From assembly GCA_050174015.1 (NCBI GenBank), contig JBFXKG010000004.1:32001-96000 (forward strand): a DNA stretch of 64,000 nt, written 5' to 3'. The DNA is from Candidatus Krumholzibacteriia bacterium (GTDB lineage: Bacteria; Krumholzibacteriota; Krumholzibacteriia; LZORAL124-64-63). Shown piece by piece: positions 37,521-48,170 of the stretch (positions within the stretch are counted from its first letter, which is position 1; every line of letters begins with the position of its first letter). The notes beneath the pieces are model-generated. The model had not been told where the DNA came from. It saw only the letters and a program-made list of their open reading frames with translations, and did not search any database. A program made the translations under genes and the position numbers.

Positions 37521-38695
37521 TCCAGAAGCGCCCGGAAGCGGTCGTCGGAAACGCCCATGTGGGTGCCCACCCGCCGCGCCGTGCAGATCCAGGGATGATC
37601 GAGGGGCACGAGGTTCTTGACCCCGGCGACCTGTTCCAGGGGGACGGGCACGGCCTGGCCACCCTGGAGGGCCACCATGACGCCGTGATGGCCGGCGGCC
37701 AGCAGCTCGGCCGCCTTCACGCCCAGCGTGGTGGCCAGCAGGCGATCCGCGGCCGAGGGCACGCCCCCCCGCTGGACGTGCCCCAGGGAGGTGACCCGCG
37801 CCTCGGTGCGGGTCAGCACCTGGAGCTGCCGGGCCAGCCTGTTGGCCAGGGATTCCCGCACCAGCTTGTAATCCCGGAAATCCGGGGAGTCGGCCTCGGG
37901 ATCGCTCGCCGCCTCCCTGGCCTTGGCCTGGGCCTTCTTCTTGCGCCCGGATTCGGCCTCGGCCTCCTTCCGGGACTTCGCCCGCTCGGCCACCGCCACG
38001 ATGGAGAACTTCTTCCCGAAGCGCTTCTGGCGCTCGAGCAGGAAGTCGCCTATGGCCTCAAGTTCGTAAGGGATCTCGGGGATGAGGACGATGTCCGCCC
38101 CGCCCGCGATGCCCGCGCCCAGGGCCAGCCAGCCGGCGTCGTGCCCCATGGTCTCGACGATGATGATCCGGTCGTGGCTCGTGGCCGTGGTGTGCAGGCG
38201 GTCGATGGCCTGGGTGGCGATCTCCATGGCCGTGTCGAAACCGAACGAGACGTCCGTCAGGGCCACGTCGTTGTCGATGGTCTTGGGCAGGGTCAGCACG
38301 TTCAGCCCCGCACGCTGCAGCTGCAGGGCGTTCTTCTGGGTGCCCCCGCCGCCCAGGCAGACCACGCAGTCGAACCCGTTGTTGTGGGCGTTCTCGACGG
38401 CCACCCTCGTCATGTCCAGGACCTTGCCCCCCATGGGCATCTTGTGGAGCTTGTCCCGGGCCGTGCCCAGGATGGTCCCCCCCAGGGTCATGACCCCGCT
38501 GACGTCCCTGGACTCCAGCGGCCTGGTCCGGTTCTCCACCAGTCCCCGGAACCCGTCGAGGATGCCGACCACCCTGATGCCGTAATCCTGGATCGCCGCC
38601 TTGGTGATCCCCCGGATGGCCGCATTGAGTCCGGGGCAATCCCCGCCGGCGGTGAGGATTCCGATGCATCTGGTCTTGCTGGGAAACCTGCCCAT
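37499..38695 (-). CDS. pfkA: 6-phosphofructokinase (group III / mixed-substrate type)
   Basis: [50 protein letters not shown]. Confidence 0.92.
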   Translation of the reverse strand: MGRFPSKTRCIGILTAGGDCPGLNAAIRGITKAAIQDYGIRVVGILDGFRGLVENRTRPLESRDVSGVMTLGGTILGTARDKLHKMPMGGKVLDMTRVAVENAHNNGFDCVVCLGGGGTQKNALQLQRAGLNVLTLPKTIDNDVALTDVSFGFDTAMEIATQAIDRLHTTATSHDRIIIVETMGHDAGWLALGAGIAGGADIVLIPEIPYELEAIGDFLLERQKRFGKKFSIVAVAERAKSRKEAEAESGRKKKAQAKAREAASDPEADSPDFRDYKLVRESLANRLARQLQVLTRTEARVTSLGHVQRGGVPSAADRLLATTLGVKAAELLAAGHHGVMVALQGGQAVPVPLEQVAGVKNLVPLDHPWICTARRVGTHMGVSDDRFRALLDQASQEE

Positions 38696-38854
38696 GGACC
38701 TTCACCGCTTTCTGGGAATGGAACGTTCGCTTGAGGATACCCAGGGGAGTCCATCCAGGCAACCCTCCTTTGAAATTGTTGGGATAAATTAATTTTTGAA
38801 TTATGATATATTTCCCTTAGGGTCATTCCTCTTTGTATTCCACGCGGGATCGCC

Positions 38855-40393
38855 ATGTTCCCAGGAACCGCTTACTGCACCCCCAGGATGGCGTCGGCCG
38901 AGAAGCTGCTGGCCGATCTGGGCCTGGGGTTCAGCCTGGTCCCCGCCGAGGCCCTCCGGTTCCAGGTGCTGTTCAGCGACACCTTCGACTGGGCCCTCCA
39001 CCGGGCGGGCTGGGCCCTGGAAGTCCAGGGCTCCGGTTACCGGCTCCTGGACCGCGCTGGGGGCAAGGTGATCGCCGCCGCGGTGGAATCCTCGGTCCAT
39101 GCTCCCCGCTTCGCCTGGGAGTTCGCCGACCCCCTCCTGAGGTCCCTCCTGGAACCCCGCCTGAAGATCCGCGCCCTCGTCGGCATGCTGGTCGTCGCCG
39201 GCCGGGGCCGCCGGTTCGACCTCCGGAACCCGAACGGCGAGATGGCCGGCCGCTGCGACCTGACCACCCTGCAGCTGGTCCGGGGCAAGTTGAAGGAACC
39301 CTTCATGGTCGTCTGTTCCTTCGGGGCCCTTTCCGACGATTCGCCCCTGGCGATCCAGGCAGCACGCCTCTGCCGGGAATCCGGCTGGGAAGAGGCCCCG
39401 CCCGTGGTCCTGGACCAGGCCCTGGCCCGGGCGGGCATCGTCCCCGGGGCCTATTCCAGCAAGATGGCCGTATCCCTCGATCCCGAATTGTCCACCAGGG
39501 AAGCCTTCCGGAGGATCGCCGGGAACCTCGTGGGCGTCATGAGGGCCAACCTGCCCGGCATCCGCAAGGACGTCGACACCGAATTCCTGCACGACTTCCG
39601 CGTGGCGGTCCGCCGGACCCGGTCCCTGCTGAAGCTCCTGGACGCCGTGATTCCCGGCGGGGTCCTGGAGGAGTTCGTCCCGGTGTTCCGGCGCATCGGC
39701 CGGGCCACCGGGCCCTTGCGGGACCTGGACGTGTCGCTCCTGAAACGGAATGAATACGAGGCGTTCGTGCCCCCCGTCCTGCACCCCGGCCTCGAGGACT
39801 ACTTCAGCGAGCTCGCGGATCGGCGGCGGGAAGCCCTGACCCGCCTGATGGACTTCCTGGACGGCCCTGATTTCCAGCAGGGGCTGGACCGCTGGGAAGC
39901 GTTCCTGAGCCTCGACCCCGCCGCCTGGCCGGGCGGCTACGACCTGGCCGATCCCCCGGTGGGACCGACCGCCCGCAGGGAGATCGCGCGTCTTTACCGG
40001 CAGGTCCTGAGGCGGGGAAAACGGGTGACCCGGGAAGGCAAGGACCGCAGCTTCCACCGTTTGCGCATCCGCTGCAAGGAATTGCGCTACGCCCTGGAAT
40101 TCTTCGCCTCCCTGTTTCCCGGAACCGGACACGGCAAGGTGGTCCGGCGCCTGAAGACCCTGCAGGACGACCTCGGGGAGTTCAACGACCTCTGCGTCCA
40201 GATGGCGCACCTGGAGACCCTGCTCGAGGGGCGGGCCGGCCGCCCCATCCCCCGCCGGGAAGCGGCGACGCTGGGGGCCCTCATCCTGCGGATGGACCAG
40301 CGCAAGCAGGCCGTGGGCGAACGGTTCGCCGAGACCTTCGCCGGATTCTCCCAGGAAAAGAACCGCCGCCTGGTCAAGGCCATGCTGGCCTGA
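38855..40393 (+). CDS. CHAD domain (polyphosphate-binding) protein
   Basis: DTFDW N-terminus; EFLHDFRVAVRRTRS, LRDLDV, FHRLRIRCKELRYALEFF, LQDDLGEFNDL; start uncertain (38855 or 38888). Confidence 0.9.
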   Translation: MFPGTAYCTPRMASAEKLLADLGLGFSLVPAEALRFQVLFSDTFDWALHRAGWALEVQGSGYRLLDRAGGKVIAAAVESSVHAPRFAWEFADPLLRSLLEPRLKIRALVGMLVVAGRGRRFDLRNPNGEMAGRCDLTTLQLVRGKLKEPFMVVCSFGALSDDSPLAIQAARLCRESGWEEAPPVVLDQALARAGIVPGAYSSKMAVSLDPELSTREAFRRIAGNLVGVMRANLPGIRKDVDTEFLHDFRVAVRRTRSLLKLLDAVIPGGVLEEFVPVFRRIGRATGPLRDLDVSLLKRNEYEAFVPPVLHPGLEDYFSELADRRREALTRLMDFLDGPDFQQGLDRWEAFLSLDPAAWPGGYDLADPPVGPTARREIARLYRQVLRRGKRVTREGKDRSFHRLRIRCKELRYALEFFASLFPGTGHGKVVRRLKTLQDDLGEFNDLCVQMAHLETLLEGRAGRPIPRREAATLGALILRMDQRKQAVGERFAETFAGFSQEKNRRLVKAMLA

Positions 40394-40498
40394 ACCCGAC
40401 GGAGCGCCGCCCGCAGGGATCGCGCGGTTGACAAGGCCGGGCCAAGCGCCAAAGATCGGCTCGCAAGAACGTGCCGACCCGGAACCAAGGGAGCCGCA

Positions 40499-41104
40499 AT
40501 GCCGCCGCACATCCTCGAGGGATTCGACGTCGAGGAACTCGACGGCCTCGGCAACCCCGTGTTCGCGGTCGACGGAGACCTCACCATGGTCTATGCCAAT
40601 CCCGCCTACTTCGATTTCGCAAGGGACAACGACGCCGGTCCGGGGTTCGCCGCTCGCTGGGGGATCGGGTGCAACATCCTGGAAGCCATACCAGCCAATC
40701 TGGAATCCTACTTCCGGAGGATGTTCTCCCTGTGCTTCGAGCGGAAGGCGCCCTGGGAACACCAGTACGAATGCTCCAGCCCCGAGCGCTTCCGCCTGTT
40801 CAAGCAGCGGGTCTACCCCGTGGGTGAAAGGTCCGGGCTCGTCGTGCTGAACAGCCTGGTCACCGAGGTCCGCCACGATCCGGTGGCCCGTCCGCCCCAG
40901 GCCGCCGATCCGGCCGTCTATTGCGACCAGCGCGGCCTCGTGCACCAGTGCGTCCAGTGCCGGCGCATCCTGCGCCAGGGGGAGATCCCCGAGTGGGATT
41001 GGGTGCCCGCCTGGGTCGCCACGCCGCCTCCCGAAGTCACCCACGGGTTATGCCCGATGTGCCTGGACTTCTACTATCCCAGGGACGAGGCCGATCCGAG
41101 CTAG
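40499..41104 (+). CDS. PAS-like domain protein with C-terminal Cys-rich module
   Basis: VFAVDGDLTMVYANPAY PAS-like start; YECSSP; CVQCRR...THGLCPMC. Confidence 0.7.
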   Translation: MPPHILEGFDVEELDGLGNPVFAVDGDLTMVYANPAYFDFARDNDAGPGFAARWGIGCNILEAIPANLESYFRRMFSLCFERKAPWEHQYECSSPERFRLFKQRVYPVGERSGLVVLNSLVTEVRHDPVARPPQAADPAVYCDQRGLVHQCVQCRRILRQGEIPEWDWVPAWVATPPPEVTHGLCPMCLDFYYPRDEADPS

Positions 41105-41676
41105 CTTCTGACGGGTCGGCGCGACCGCAGGACCGCCGCCAGGGCGCGACTGGCCGGGAAGGCGAAGGATTCCTCCGGAGCGAAGGACCAGAACTCCTCC
41201 AGCTCGAGGGTGCCGCTTGCCCGTTCGTAGGCCAGGGCCTGGACCAGGAGGTCGAGGCGGTCCGCGTCGCGGACCAGACGGGCCTCCGGCGACTCCTGGG
41301 CCTCGAACCCGTCCCAGGTCGCGCGCCAGCGGGCCTCGACCCGGGACCTCCCCAGCAGCTCGGCCATGGCGGCGGATTCGGCGGCCGCCTTGGCTCCCTT
41401 CGGCAGCAGGCGCGAGGCCCCCAGGGACAGATCGCCCGTGACGCTTTCGGGCAGGTCGTGGATGATCGCCATGGTCAGGACGGTCGCACGATCCAGGTCC
41501 GGCTCATCCACCAGGTCGAGCAGGGCCAGGGCGATGAAGGCGACGCCGTGGCTGTGGTCGGCAACGCTTTCGGGGGCGGGCACGCCGCGCTGGGCCCAGC
41601 CTGTGCGCGGGGTGGTCTTCAGACGGTTGGCGCGCACCAGCAGGTCGGCCATGGTTTCGAAGGTGCTCGGGGTCAT
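41101..41676 (-). CDS. HD domain hydrolase (YfbR/HD_3-like)
   Basis: LKTTPRTGW, ESVADHS, HDLPESVTGD, EARLVRDADRLD. Confidence 0.9.
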   Translation of the reverse strand: MTPSTFETMADLLVRANRLKTTPRTGWAQRGVPAPESVADHSHGVAFIALALLDLVDEPDLDRATVLTMAIIHDLPESVTGDLSLGASRLLPKGAKAAAESAAMAELLGRSRVEARWRATWDGFEAQESPEARLVRDADRLDLLVQALAYERASGTLELEEFWSFAPEESFAFPASRALAAVLRSRRPVRS

Positions 41677-41936
41677 CGGTCCTCTCCCGGATCGCGTCGA
41701 TGTTCATCCCTGATGGTCCCCGCCCGGGGGGAATCCGGACTCCTGGCCGGATCCGACCGCAACATACCACGGGGCGTCCCCGGGTTCACCCTCTGGATCC
41801 CCGCCGCCGGCCGATCTTTCCCGGCAGGCATCCCCTGGACACAAGGCATCCCCTGGACCTTCCCCGCCGCCAGCGTCCATGGTAAGCTGGCCTGTCTGCA
41901 GGTCCGAATCTCCCACCCCAGCCAGGAGACGATCCC

Positions 41937-44003
41937 GTGCGCGTGACCCTCCCCTTCCTCGTGTGCCTCAGCTTCGCCTGTGCGGTCTTCACCCCCGGCA
42001 GCCTGCTCGCCGATCCGACCCTGCCCCCCGGCGAGTCCCCACCGCCCACGCCTGTCACCCGCCTGGCCGACGCCGGGACCGCGGACGACCACGGTGGCGC
42101 CGACCTGGTCGTCGTGCTGGACAGGGCCGTGAACAAGGTCAAGCCCAGCGGGGTGACCTACGTGGACGCCTACCGCCTGGTCAAGGTCCTGACCCCGGCC
42201 GGCTGCCGGGACAACGGGGTGCTCAAGTGGCATTACGACCCCCAGAGCAGCCACGTGCAGATCCGCAAGGTCTCCATCATCCGCGACGGGGAATACATCC
42301 CCGTGGACGTCGCGGGCATCCACGACCTGCCTGCTCCCCAGGCGGCCATCTACTGGCGCGACCGCATCAAGACGCTGCAGCTGCCGCGCCTGCAGGTCGG
42401 CGACGGCATCGAGGTCATCAGCTTCCGCAAGGGATTCACCTACGCGCTGCTGGGCGAAGGCGGACCGCAAGGGGCCGCCGGCGCGCAGCAGCAGGAGGCC
42501 TTCGAGGACACCGAGGAGGACGACGCCCGGTACATCCCGCCCATGCCCGGCGAGTACTTCGACATCGTCCTGTTCCAGGAAGAGGCTCCGATCATCGAGA
42601 AGCGCTACGTCCTGCGGCTGCCGCCCGACAAGCGCCTGCACGCCGAGGTCTACAACGGGGCCCTGTACTCCGCCACCTCGTACGACGAGACCATGAACGA
42701 GTACTCCTGGTGGGGCCTGGACCTGCCGGCCCGCGTCCACGAGCCGCGGCAACCGGACGCCAGCGACTTCGCGCCCAAGGTGGTCATGGCGACCGCGGAA
42801 AGCTGGGAGGCCAAGAGCCGCTGGTTCTTCGACGTGAACCGGGACCAGTTCGAGGTCACCCCGGCCATCCAGGTCAAGGTCGAGGAGATCCTGCGCGATG
42901 CCGGGGTGGCGGGCGGCGACGATCTCGCGAAGGCCGAGGCCCTGGTGCACTGGGTGGCCCAGAACATCCGCTACTCCGGCCAGACCATGGGCGAGGGCGA
43001 GGGATTCACCCTGCATCCGGGGGACATGATCTTCGAGCAGCGCAGCGGCGTGTGCAAGGACATCGCCGGCATGCTCATCACCATGATGCGCGGGGCGGGA
43101 CTGGACTCCTACGCCGCGATGACCATGGCCGGCAGCCGCATCGACCTGGTGCCCGCCGACCAGTTCAACCACTGCGTCACCGCCCTGCGCCTGGACGACG
43201 GGTCGTTCGTGATGTACGACCCCACCTGGGTGCCCTTCAACAACGACATCTGGTCCAAGTCCGAGACGGAACAGCATTTCCTGATCGGGACCCCCGAGGG
43301 CGAGACCCTCAGCCGCATCCCCTACAGTCCTCCCGCCGAGTCGCCCCTGAAGGCGGTCCACGAGGCCGAGCTGGACGCCGGCGGGACCCTGCAGGGCGTG
43401 CTGCGGTTCGACGGCGCCGGCGCCATGGACAGCCGCCTGCGGCGCATGGTCAACGGCGTGCGCAAGGACGAGCTGATCTCCCGCTGCGCCCAGCTGCTGG
43501 CGCCCGTCAGTCCCCGCGTGGTCGTCGAGAAGGTCGAGCACCGCGAGGCGGACGACTTCAGCGGCGACATGTGGCTGCGCATCGCCTACCGCATCCCCCG
43601 GTTCGCGCTGGATCTGGACGAGGGATTCGAGTTCACCAGTCCGCTGATGCAGATCGTCACCGGCGACGGCAACCTGTTCTCCAACGGGGGGACGCGCTGG
43701 GCCAAGGACCGCACCACCGACCTGATGCTCTGGTACACCCAGCTGCTGGACGGCAGCGAGACCATCAAGCTGCCCAAGGGATACACGCTGCAGGATCCGC
43801 CGGAGAGTCCCGACGTGGACGAGACCTACGCTGCGTTCTCGGCCTCCGCCGACCAGGACGGCCGGACGCTCCGCATCGCCCAGAGGGCCGAGGTCCGACG
43901 CCGCCAGATCCCGCCCGACGGGTACGCCGGGTTCCGGAAGGCCATGGACGCCGCCCGCGACTGGACCGGGCAGACCTTCCGCATCGCCAAGGAGGGCAAA
44001 TGA
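41937..44003 (+). CDS. DUF3857 + transglutaminase-like domain protein, secreted
   Basis: Signal peptide; LPRLQVGD; WVAQNIRY, GVCKD (Cys), QFNHC (His), YDPT (Asp). Confidence 0.85.
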   Translation: MRVTLPFLVCLSFACAVFTPGSLLADPTLPPGESPPPTPVTRLADAGTADDHGGADLVVVLDRAVNKVKPSGVTYVDAYRLVKVLTPAGCRDNGVLKWHYDPQSSHVQIRKVSIIRDGEYIPVDVAGIHDLPAPQAAIYWRDRIKTLQLPRLQVGDGIEVISFRKGFTYALLGEGGPQGAAGAQQQEAFEDTEEDDARYIPPMPGEYFDIVLFQEEAPIIEKRYVLRLPPDKRLHAEVYNGALYSATSYDETMNEYSWWGLDLPARVHEPRQPDASDFAPKVVMATAESWEAKSRWFFDVNRDQFEVTPAIQVKVEEILRDAGVAGGDDLAKAEALVHWVAQNIRYSGQTMGEGEGFTLHPGDMIFEQRSGVCKDIAGMLITMMRGAGLDSYAAMTMAGSRIDLVPADQFNHCVTALRLDDGSFVMYDPTWVPFNNDIWSKSETEQHFLIGTPEGETLSRIPYSPPAESPLKAVHEAELDAGGTLQGVLRFDGAGAMDSRLRRMVNGVRKDELISRCAQLLAPVSPRVVVEKVEHREADDFSGDMWLRIAYRIPRFALDLDEGFEFTSPLMQIVTGDGNLFSNGGTRWAKDRTTDLMLWYTQLLDGSETIKLPKGYTLQDPPESPDVDETYAAFSASADQDGRTLRIAQRAEVRRRQIPPDGYAGFRKAMDAARDWTGQTFRIAKEGK

Positions 44004-45907
44004 TGAAGCGCATCGAGATCATCGCCATCGTCCTCGTGCTGCTGGCCGCCGGGGCGGCCGGCGCCCAGACCATGGGCCGTTCCGACGGCCGCGACCTGGA
44101 CGCCCTGTGGTCCCGGGCCCAGAAGTCCTTCGATCTCGCGCAGGAGGACGCCGTCCTGCTGATCGAGAGCCGCAACGTCACCGTCGGGCAGGACGGATCG
44201 CTCGCCACCCGGGTGCACCGCGTGGTGTGGATCGGCACCTCCGTCGGCATCCGCGAGTACGCCGATCTGCGCGTGCCCTGGAACTCGGCGACCAGCGATC
44301 TCGACGTCGAGATCCTGCGCACCTGGCGCGACGGCCGCTGGTGGCCCGACCCCGAGGTGATCAGCGAGACCGCCGTGGTGCACACCCTGCCCCACGCCCT
44401 CGACCGCGCCGACGACTACACGACCATGCGCGAGACCATGCTGCTGCACGACGGCGTCGAGCTGCCCTGCATCATGGAGACGGCCTACACCGTCACCGAG
44501 CGCGGCGGCGCATCACCCGGCGCCGACGCGGTCTTCGTCATGCCCCAGCGGGATCCCGCCGTGCTCGTCGAGTACACCCTGGACGTCGAGGGGGACACCC
44601 CGCTGAAGACCGCCTCGTTCAACGGCGCCCCCGAAGCCGGGCCCACCGAGATCAGCCACGCCCGGGCGGTCCGCTGGGCGATGGACGCGGTACCGGCGTT
44701 GAAACGACCCTTGACGGGACACCCCGAGGAGTACGAGCCGACGATCCGGTGGAGGACCTGGCATTCGGTCCCCGAGTTCGTCATCGCCTTGCAACATTCC
44801 CTCAGCGGCACAGCTGATCTTCCTCTGGCTGTGGAAGATTCGCTCGCTCGTCGCCTCACACCCCTGGTGGGATTCGATGCGAGAGTCCGGGGCGTTTTGG
44901 CCTTCGCCGACGAGGCGGTAAGACCCGTCCATTACGACGACCGGTTCTGGCGCCTCTCACCCCGCCCTGCCGCCCGGACCTACGAGACCGGCTACGGACA
45001 CGACCTGGACAGGGCCGCCCTCATCATGGCGCTGATGGAGAGTCAGGGAATCCAGGCCGCTCCCGCCTTCGTATCCCGCACCGGAGATTCCAGCCTGCTC
45101 ATGGAATACCCCGGATGCTGGGATGAACTACTCATTCACCTCGAGGCCCCCGGCGATTCCCAGGAGCTTTTCTACTCCCTCGCCGGTCGGACGGTCCTGC
45201 CCCGGGTTGCTTTCACGACCCGGAATCTCCTGGTTCCCAATCATGTCACTCCCCGGCAGCCTGTCGGGGGTGAACTCGCGATCGAGTGCGCACTGGAACC
45301 CGATGCGGAGGGAGACTGGACCGGAAACGGCCTGGTCGCGACCTCAGGATGCTTCAACCTGGCAGGCGAGGTCTGCGGATCTGGTGACCTGATGGGTCCA
45401 AAGGCGCAGGACCTCCTCTCCTCGCTCCTGTCGGGCGGCGTGATCGGCCACGCCAATCCCGTCCGGGTGAACGCCGACGAGACCTCCGGCCAGCTCGACA
45501 TCGCCTTCGACCTCCAGGTCCCCGACCCCACCGACCCCGACGGCCGCTTCATCATAGGCGACCCCGGGGACGGGGTGCTCGGCCGCTTGCCCCACGACGT
45601 GAGCCTGTACGACGCCGTGCGTGAATCGCCGGTCCTGCTGGAGTCAGGTTACCACCAGACCGTCAGCGTCCGGTTCAAGCTGGACGGCCGCATCCTGCAG
45701 CACGCTCCCCGGCCGCTGAAGATCGAGAACACGGCCGGCACCTTCGAGGTCGCAGTTACGGAAAAGGATGGCTGGGTCACGGTCGAGCGCACCCTGGCCA
45801 TCCCGCAGGACACGATCGGGCCGGAGAACTGGCCCGCCCTGCGCGAACTGCTGCTGGAGGAAGCCGATTCCGCCAACGGCACGATCATCATCGGGGAGGC
45901 CGAGTGA
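44000..45907 (+). CDS. Second DUF3857 family protein with degenerate transglutaminase site
   Basis: ATGA overlap, GGAGG RBS; MMKRIEIIAIVLVLLAAGAAGA; EDAVLL; PRPAARTYETGYGHDLDRA lacks the catalytic Cys. Confidence 0.75.
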   Translation: MMKRIEIIAIVLVLLAAGAAGAQTMGRSDGRDLDALWSRAQKSFDLAQEDAVLLIESRNVTVGQDGSLATRVHRVVWIGTSVGIREYADLRVPWNSATSDLDVEILRTWRDGRWWPDPEVISETAVVHTLPHALDRADDYTTMRETMLLHDGVELPCIMETAYTVTERGGASPGADAVFVMPQRDPAVLVEYTLDVEGDTPLKTASFNGAPEAGPTEISHARAVRWAMDAVPALKRPLTGHPEEYEPTIRWRTWHSVPEFVIALQHSLSGTADLPLAVEDSLARRLTPLVGFDARVRGVLAFADEAVRPVHYDDRFWRLSPRPAARTYETGYGHDLDRAALIMALMESQGIQAAPAFVSRTGDSSLLMEYPGCWDELLIHLEAPGDSQELFYSLAGRTVLPRVAFTTRNLLVPNHVTPRQPVGGELAIECALEPDAEGDWTGNGLVATSGCFNLAGEVCGSGDLMGPKAQDLLSSLLSGGVIGHANPVRVNADETSGQLDIAFDLQVPDPTDPDGRFIIGDPGDGVLGRLPHDVSLYDAVRESPVLLESGYHQTVSVRFKLDGRILQHAPRPLKIENTAGTFEVAVTEKDGWVTVERTLAIPQDTIGPENWPALRELLLEEADSANGTIIIGEAE

Positions 45908-47586
45908 TGCGCAACCTCACCATCGCCTGCGGCATGGCGACGATGCTCCTGCTCGCCGGCTGCGGCGAGGAGATCAGCAGGGACCTGCCCATCGATGACG
46001 CCGCCGTCCGCGCCGCCGAAACCCTGAGCGGGTTGGACCTGACGCAAGCCGAAAGGACCATGATGCTCGAGGACCTGGCGGAAAGCCGCCAGGCCTACCG
46101 GGGGTTGAGGGGCATGGAGATCCCCAACGCGGTCCCGCCGGCCCTGCGGTTCGATCCCCTGACGGCTCGGACCGGACTCCGCGAGGCGCCGGCCACGGGG
46201 CCGGCGCCCGTCTGGTCGCCCGCGCCCGAGGTCACCCGGCCGGACGACCTGGAGGACCTGGCATTCGCCACCATCGGCGAGCTGGCCGAGCTCATTCGGA
46301 CCCGCCGGGTCAGCTGCCTCGAGTTGACCGAGCTGGCGCTGGATCGCCTGCGCCGGCACGGGCCCGACCTGGAGTGCGTGGTCACCCTGACCGAGGGGCG
46401 GGCCCTGCGGCGGGCGAGGGAGCTGGACCGGATGCTCGACCGGGGCGAGTACCTTGGCCCGCTGCACGGCATCCCCTACGGCGCGAAGGACCTGCTGGCG
46501 GTCCGCGGCTATCCCACGACGTGGGGCGCCCGGCCCTACCGCAACCGGATCCTCAACGGCGACGCCACGGTGGTGGAGAAGCTGGATCAGGCGGGCGCCG
46601 TGCTCGTGGCCAAGCTCACCCTCGGCGCCCTGGCCTGGGGCGACGTCTGGTTCGGGGGCACCACCCGCAACCCCTGGAACCTGGAGCAGGGCAGCAGCGG
46701 CTCGTCCGCCGGCCCCGCCTCGGCAGTGGCGGCCGGACTGGTGCCCTTCGCCATCGGCTCCGAGACCTGGGGCAGCATCGTCTCGCCCAGCACCCGCTGC
46801 GGTACGACCGGTCTGCGGCCCACCTTCGGGCGGGTCAGCCGCCAGGGGGCCATGGCCCTCAGCTGGTCCATGGACAAGATCGGCCCCATGGCGCGCACGG
46901 TGGAGGACTGCGCCATCGTCTTCGACGCCATCGAGGGCATCGACCCCGCCGACCCCACCACGGTGGACCGGCCCTTCCCCTACCGCCCCGACCGCCCCCT
47001 GCAGGATCTGCGCATCGGCTACCTCCGCTCCGTCTTCAACGAGGAGTACGACTGGCACACCTTGCACTCCGAGGCCCTGGACGACCTGCGCCGCGCGGGC
47101 GCCCGCCTGGTCCCCGTCGAATTGCCGGGCAACCGGGATCTGGGCACCGACATCTACAACCTGTCGTTCATCCTGTCGGCCGAGGCCGGCGCCGCCTTCC
47201 AGGATCTCGTCCTGAGCGACCGGGACGACGAGCTCGTCCGCCAGGTCCGCAACGCCTGGCCCAACGTGTTCCGGCACGCCCAGTTCATCCCGGCCGTCGA
47301 GTACATCCAGGCCAACCGGGCCCGCGTCCTCCTGATGGAGCTCATGGCCGGGGTGTTCGACGAGATCGACGTCTACGTCACCCCCTCGTTCCAGGGGGAC
47401 AACCTGCTGATCACCAACCTGACCGGGCATCCCCAGGTGGTGGTGCCCTGCGGCTTCGAGACGGAGAACGCGCCGACCTCGATCAGTTTCGTGGGAAGGT
47501 TGTTCGGGGAGGCGGACGTGTTGGCGGTGGCCAAGGCCTACCAGGACGCCACGGGCTGGCACCGGATGCACCCGCCGGGGTTCTGA
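45904..47586 (+). CDS. Amidase signature family lipoprotein
   Basis: LLAGC lipobox; GPLHGIPYGAKD, GSSGSSAG, IGSETWGSI, CGTTGLRPTFGRVS. Confidence 0.92.
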   Translation: MMRNLTIACGMATMLLLAGCGEEISRDLPIDDAAVRAAETLSGLDLTQAERTMMLEDLAESRQAYRGLRGMEIPNAVPPALRFDPLTARTGLREAPATGPAPVWSPAPEVTRPDDLEDLAFATIGELAELIRTRRVSCLELTELALDRLRRHGPDLECVVTLTEGRALRRARELDRMLDRGEYLGPLHGIPYGAKDLLAVRGYPTTWGARPYRNRILNGDATVVEKLDQAGAVLVAKLTLGALAWGDVWFGGTTRNPWNLEQGSSGSSAGPASAVAAGLVPFAIGSETWGSIVSPSTRCGTTGLRPTFGRVSRQGAMALSWSMDKIGPMARTVEDCAIVFDAIEGIDPADPTTVDRPFPYRPDRPLQDLRIGYLRSVFNEEYDWHTLHSEALDDLRRAGARLVPVELPGNRDLGTDIYNLSFILSAEAGAAFQDLVLSDRDDELVRQVRNAWPNVFRHAQFIPAVEYIQANRARVLLMELMAGVFDEIDVYVTPSFQGDNLLITNLTGHPQVVVPCGFETENAPTSISFVGRLFGEADVLAVAKAYQDATGWHRMHPPGF

Positions 47587-47615
47587 TCGCGGGGTGCGGC
47601 AGGGATCCGATGCGA

Positions 47616-47646
47616 CGAGGGGCCGCCTGCGGGCGGCCCTTCGGTT
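47616..47646. terminator. Hairpin terminator between converging genes
   Basis: CGAGGGGCCGCC-tgcg-GGCGGCCCTTCG then GTTT. Confidence 0.6.
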
Positions 47647-48147
47647 TCAGTGCCGCTCGTCGTCGAGTTCCTTCATCCGCCGCAGGAAGCCCAGGGGGGT
47701 TTCCTGCGAGGCGATCTCCAGCATCCTGCGGATGCGCTCGTCATCGGCCTCGAACTTCCGCCGCAGGCGGGCGGCGAAGGCGTCCCCGAGCACCTTGATC
47801 AGTTCCTCGAGATCGTAGGGCTTGGGCAGGTAGCCGAAGGCCCCCAGCTTGGTGCACTCCACCGCGCTGCCCAGGGACCCGTGCCCCGTCAGGATGATCA
47901 CCTCGAGGAATTCGTGTTCGGCCTTCAGGCGCTCCAGGACCTCCTGGCCGTCCATGCCGGGCATCTTGAGGTCCACCAGCGCCAGGTCGAACTTCTGCTC
48001 CCTGGCCCGTTCCAGCGCCGCGGCGCCGTCCTCCACCAGGGTCACGTCGAAATCCCGCATCTCCAGCCGCTGGCCCAGGGCGGCGAGGAACTCCCGCTCG
48101 TCGTCCACCACCAGGATCCGGATCCTGCCCGCACCGCCGTCGTTCAT
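47647..48147 (-). CDS. Single-domain response regulator
   Basis: AAGGA RBS; ILVVDDE, DLKMPGMDG, ILTGHGS, YLPKP. Confidence 0.9.
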   Translation of the reverse strand: MNDGGAGRIRILVVDDEREFLAALGQRLEMRDFDVTLVEDGAAALERAREQKFDLALVDLKMPGMDGQEVLERLKAEHEFLEVIILTGHGSLGSAVECTKLGAFGYLPKPYDLEELIKVLGDAFAARLRRKFEADDERIRRMLEIASQETPLGFLRRMKELDDERH

Positions 48148-48170
48148 GATCTCGTCCTTTGCCGTTCGGC

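Noticed and set aside
41826..41858. Direct repeat AGGCATCCCCTGGAC x2 (18-bp period) between divergent genes
   Set aside because: Only two copies; could be a local duplication or binding site, but there is no supporting evidence
41879..45907. Apparent 1342-aa ORF
   Set aside because: Alternate-frame extension; the real gene starts at 44000 with RBS and signal peptide
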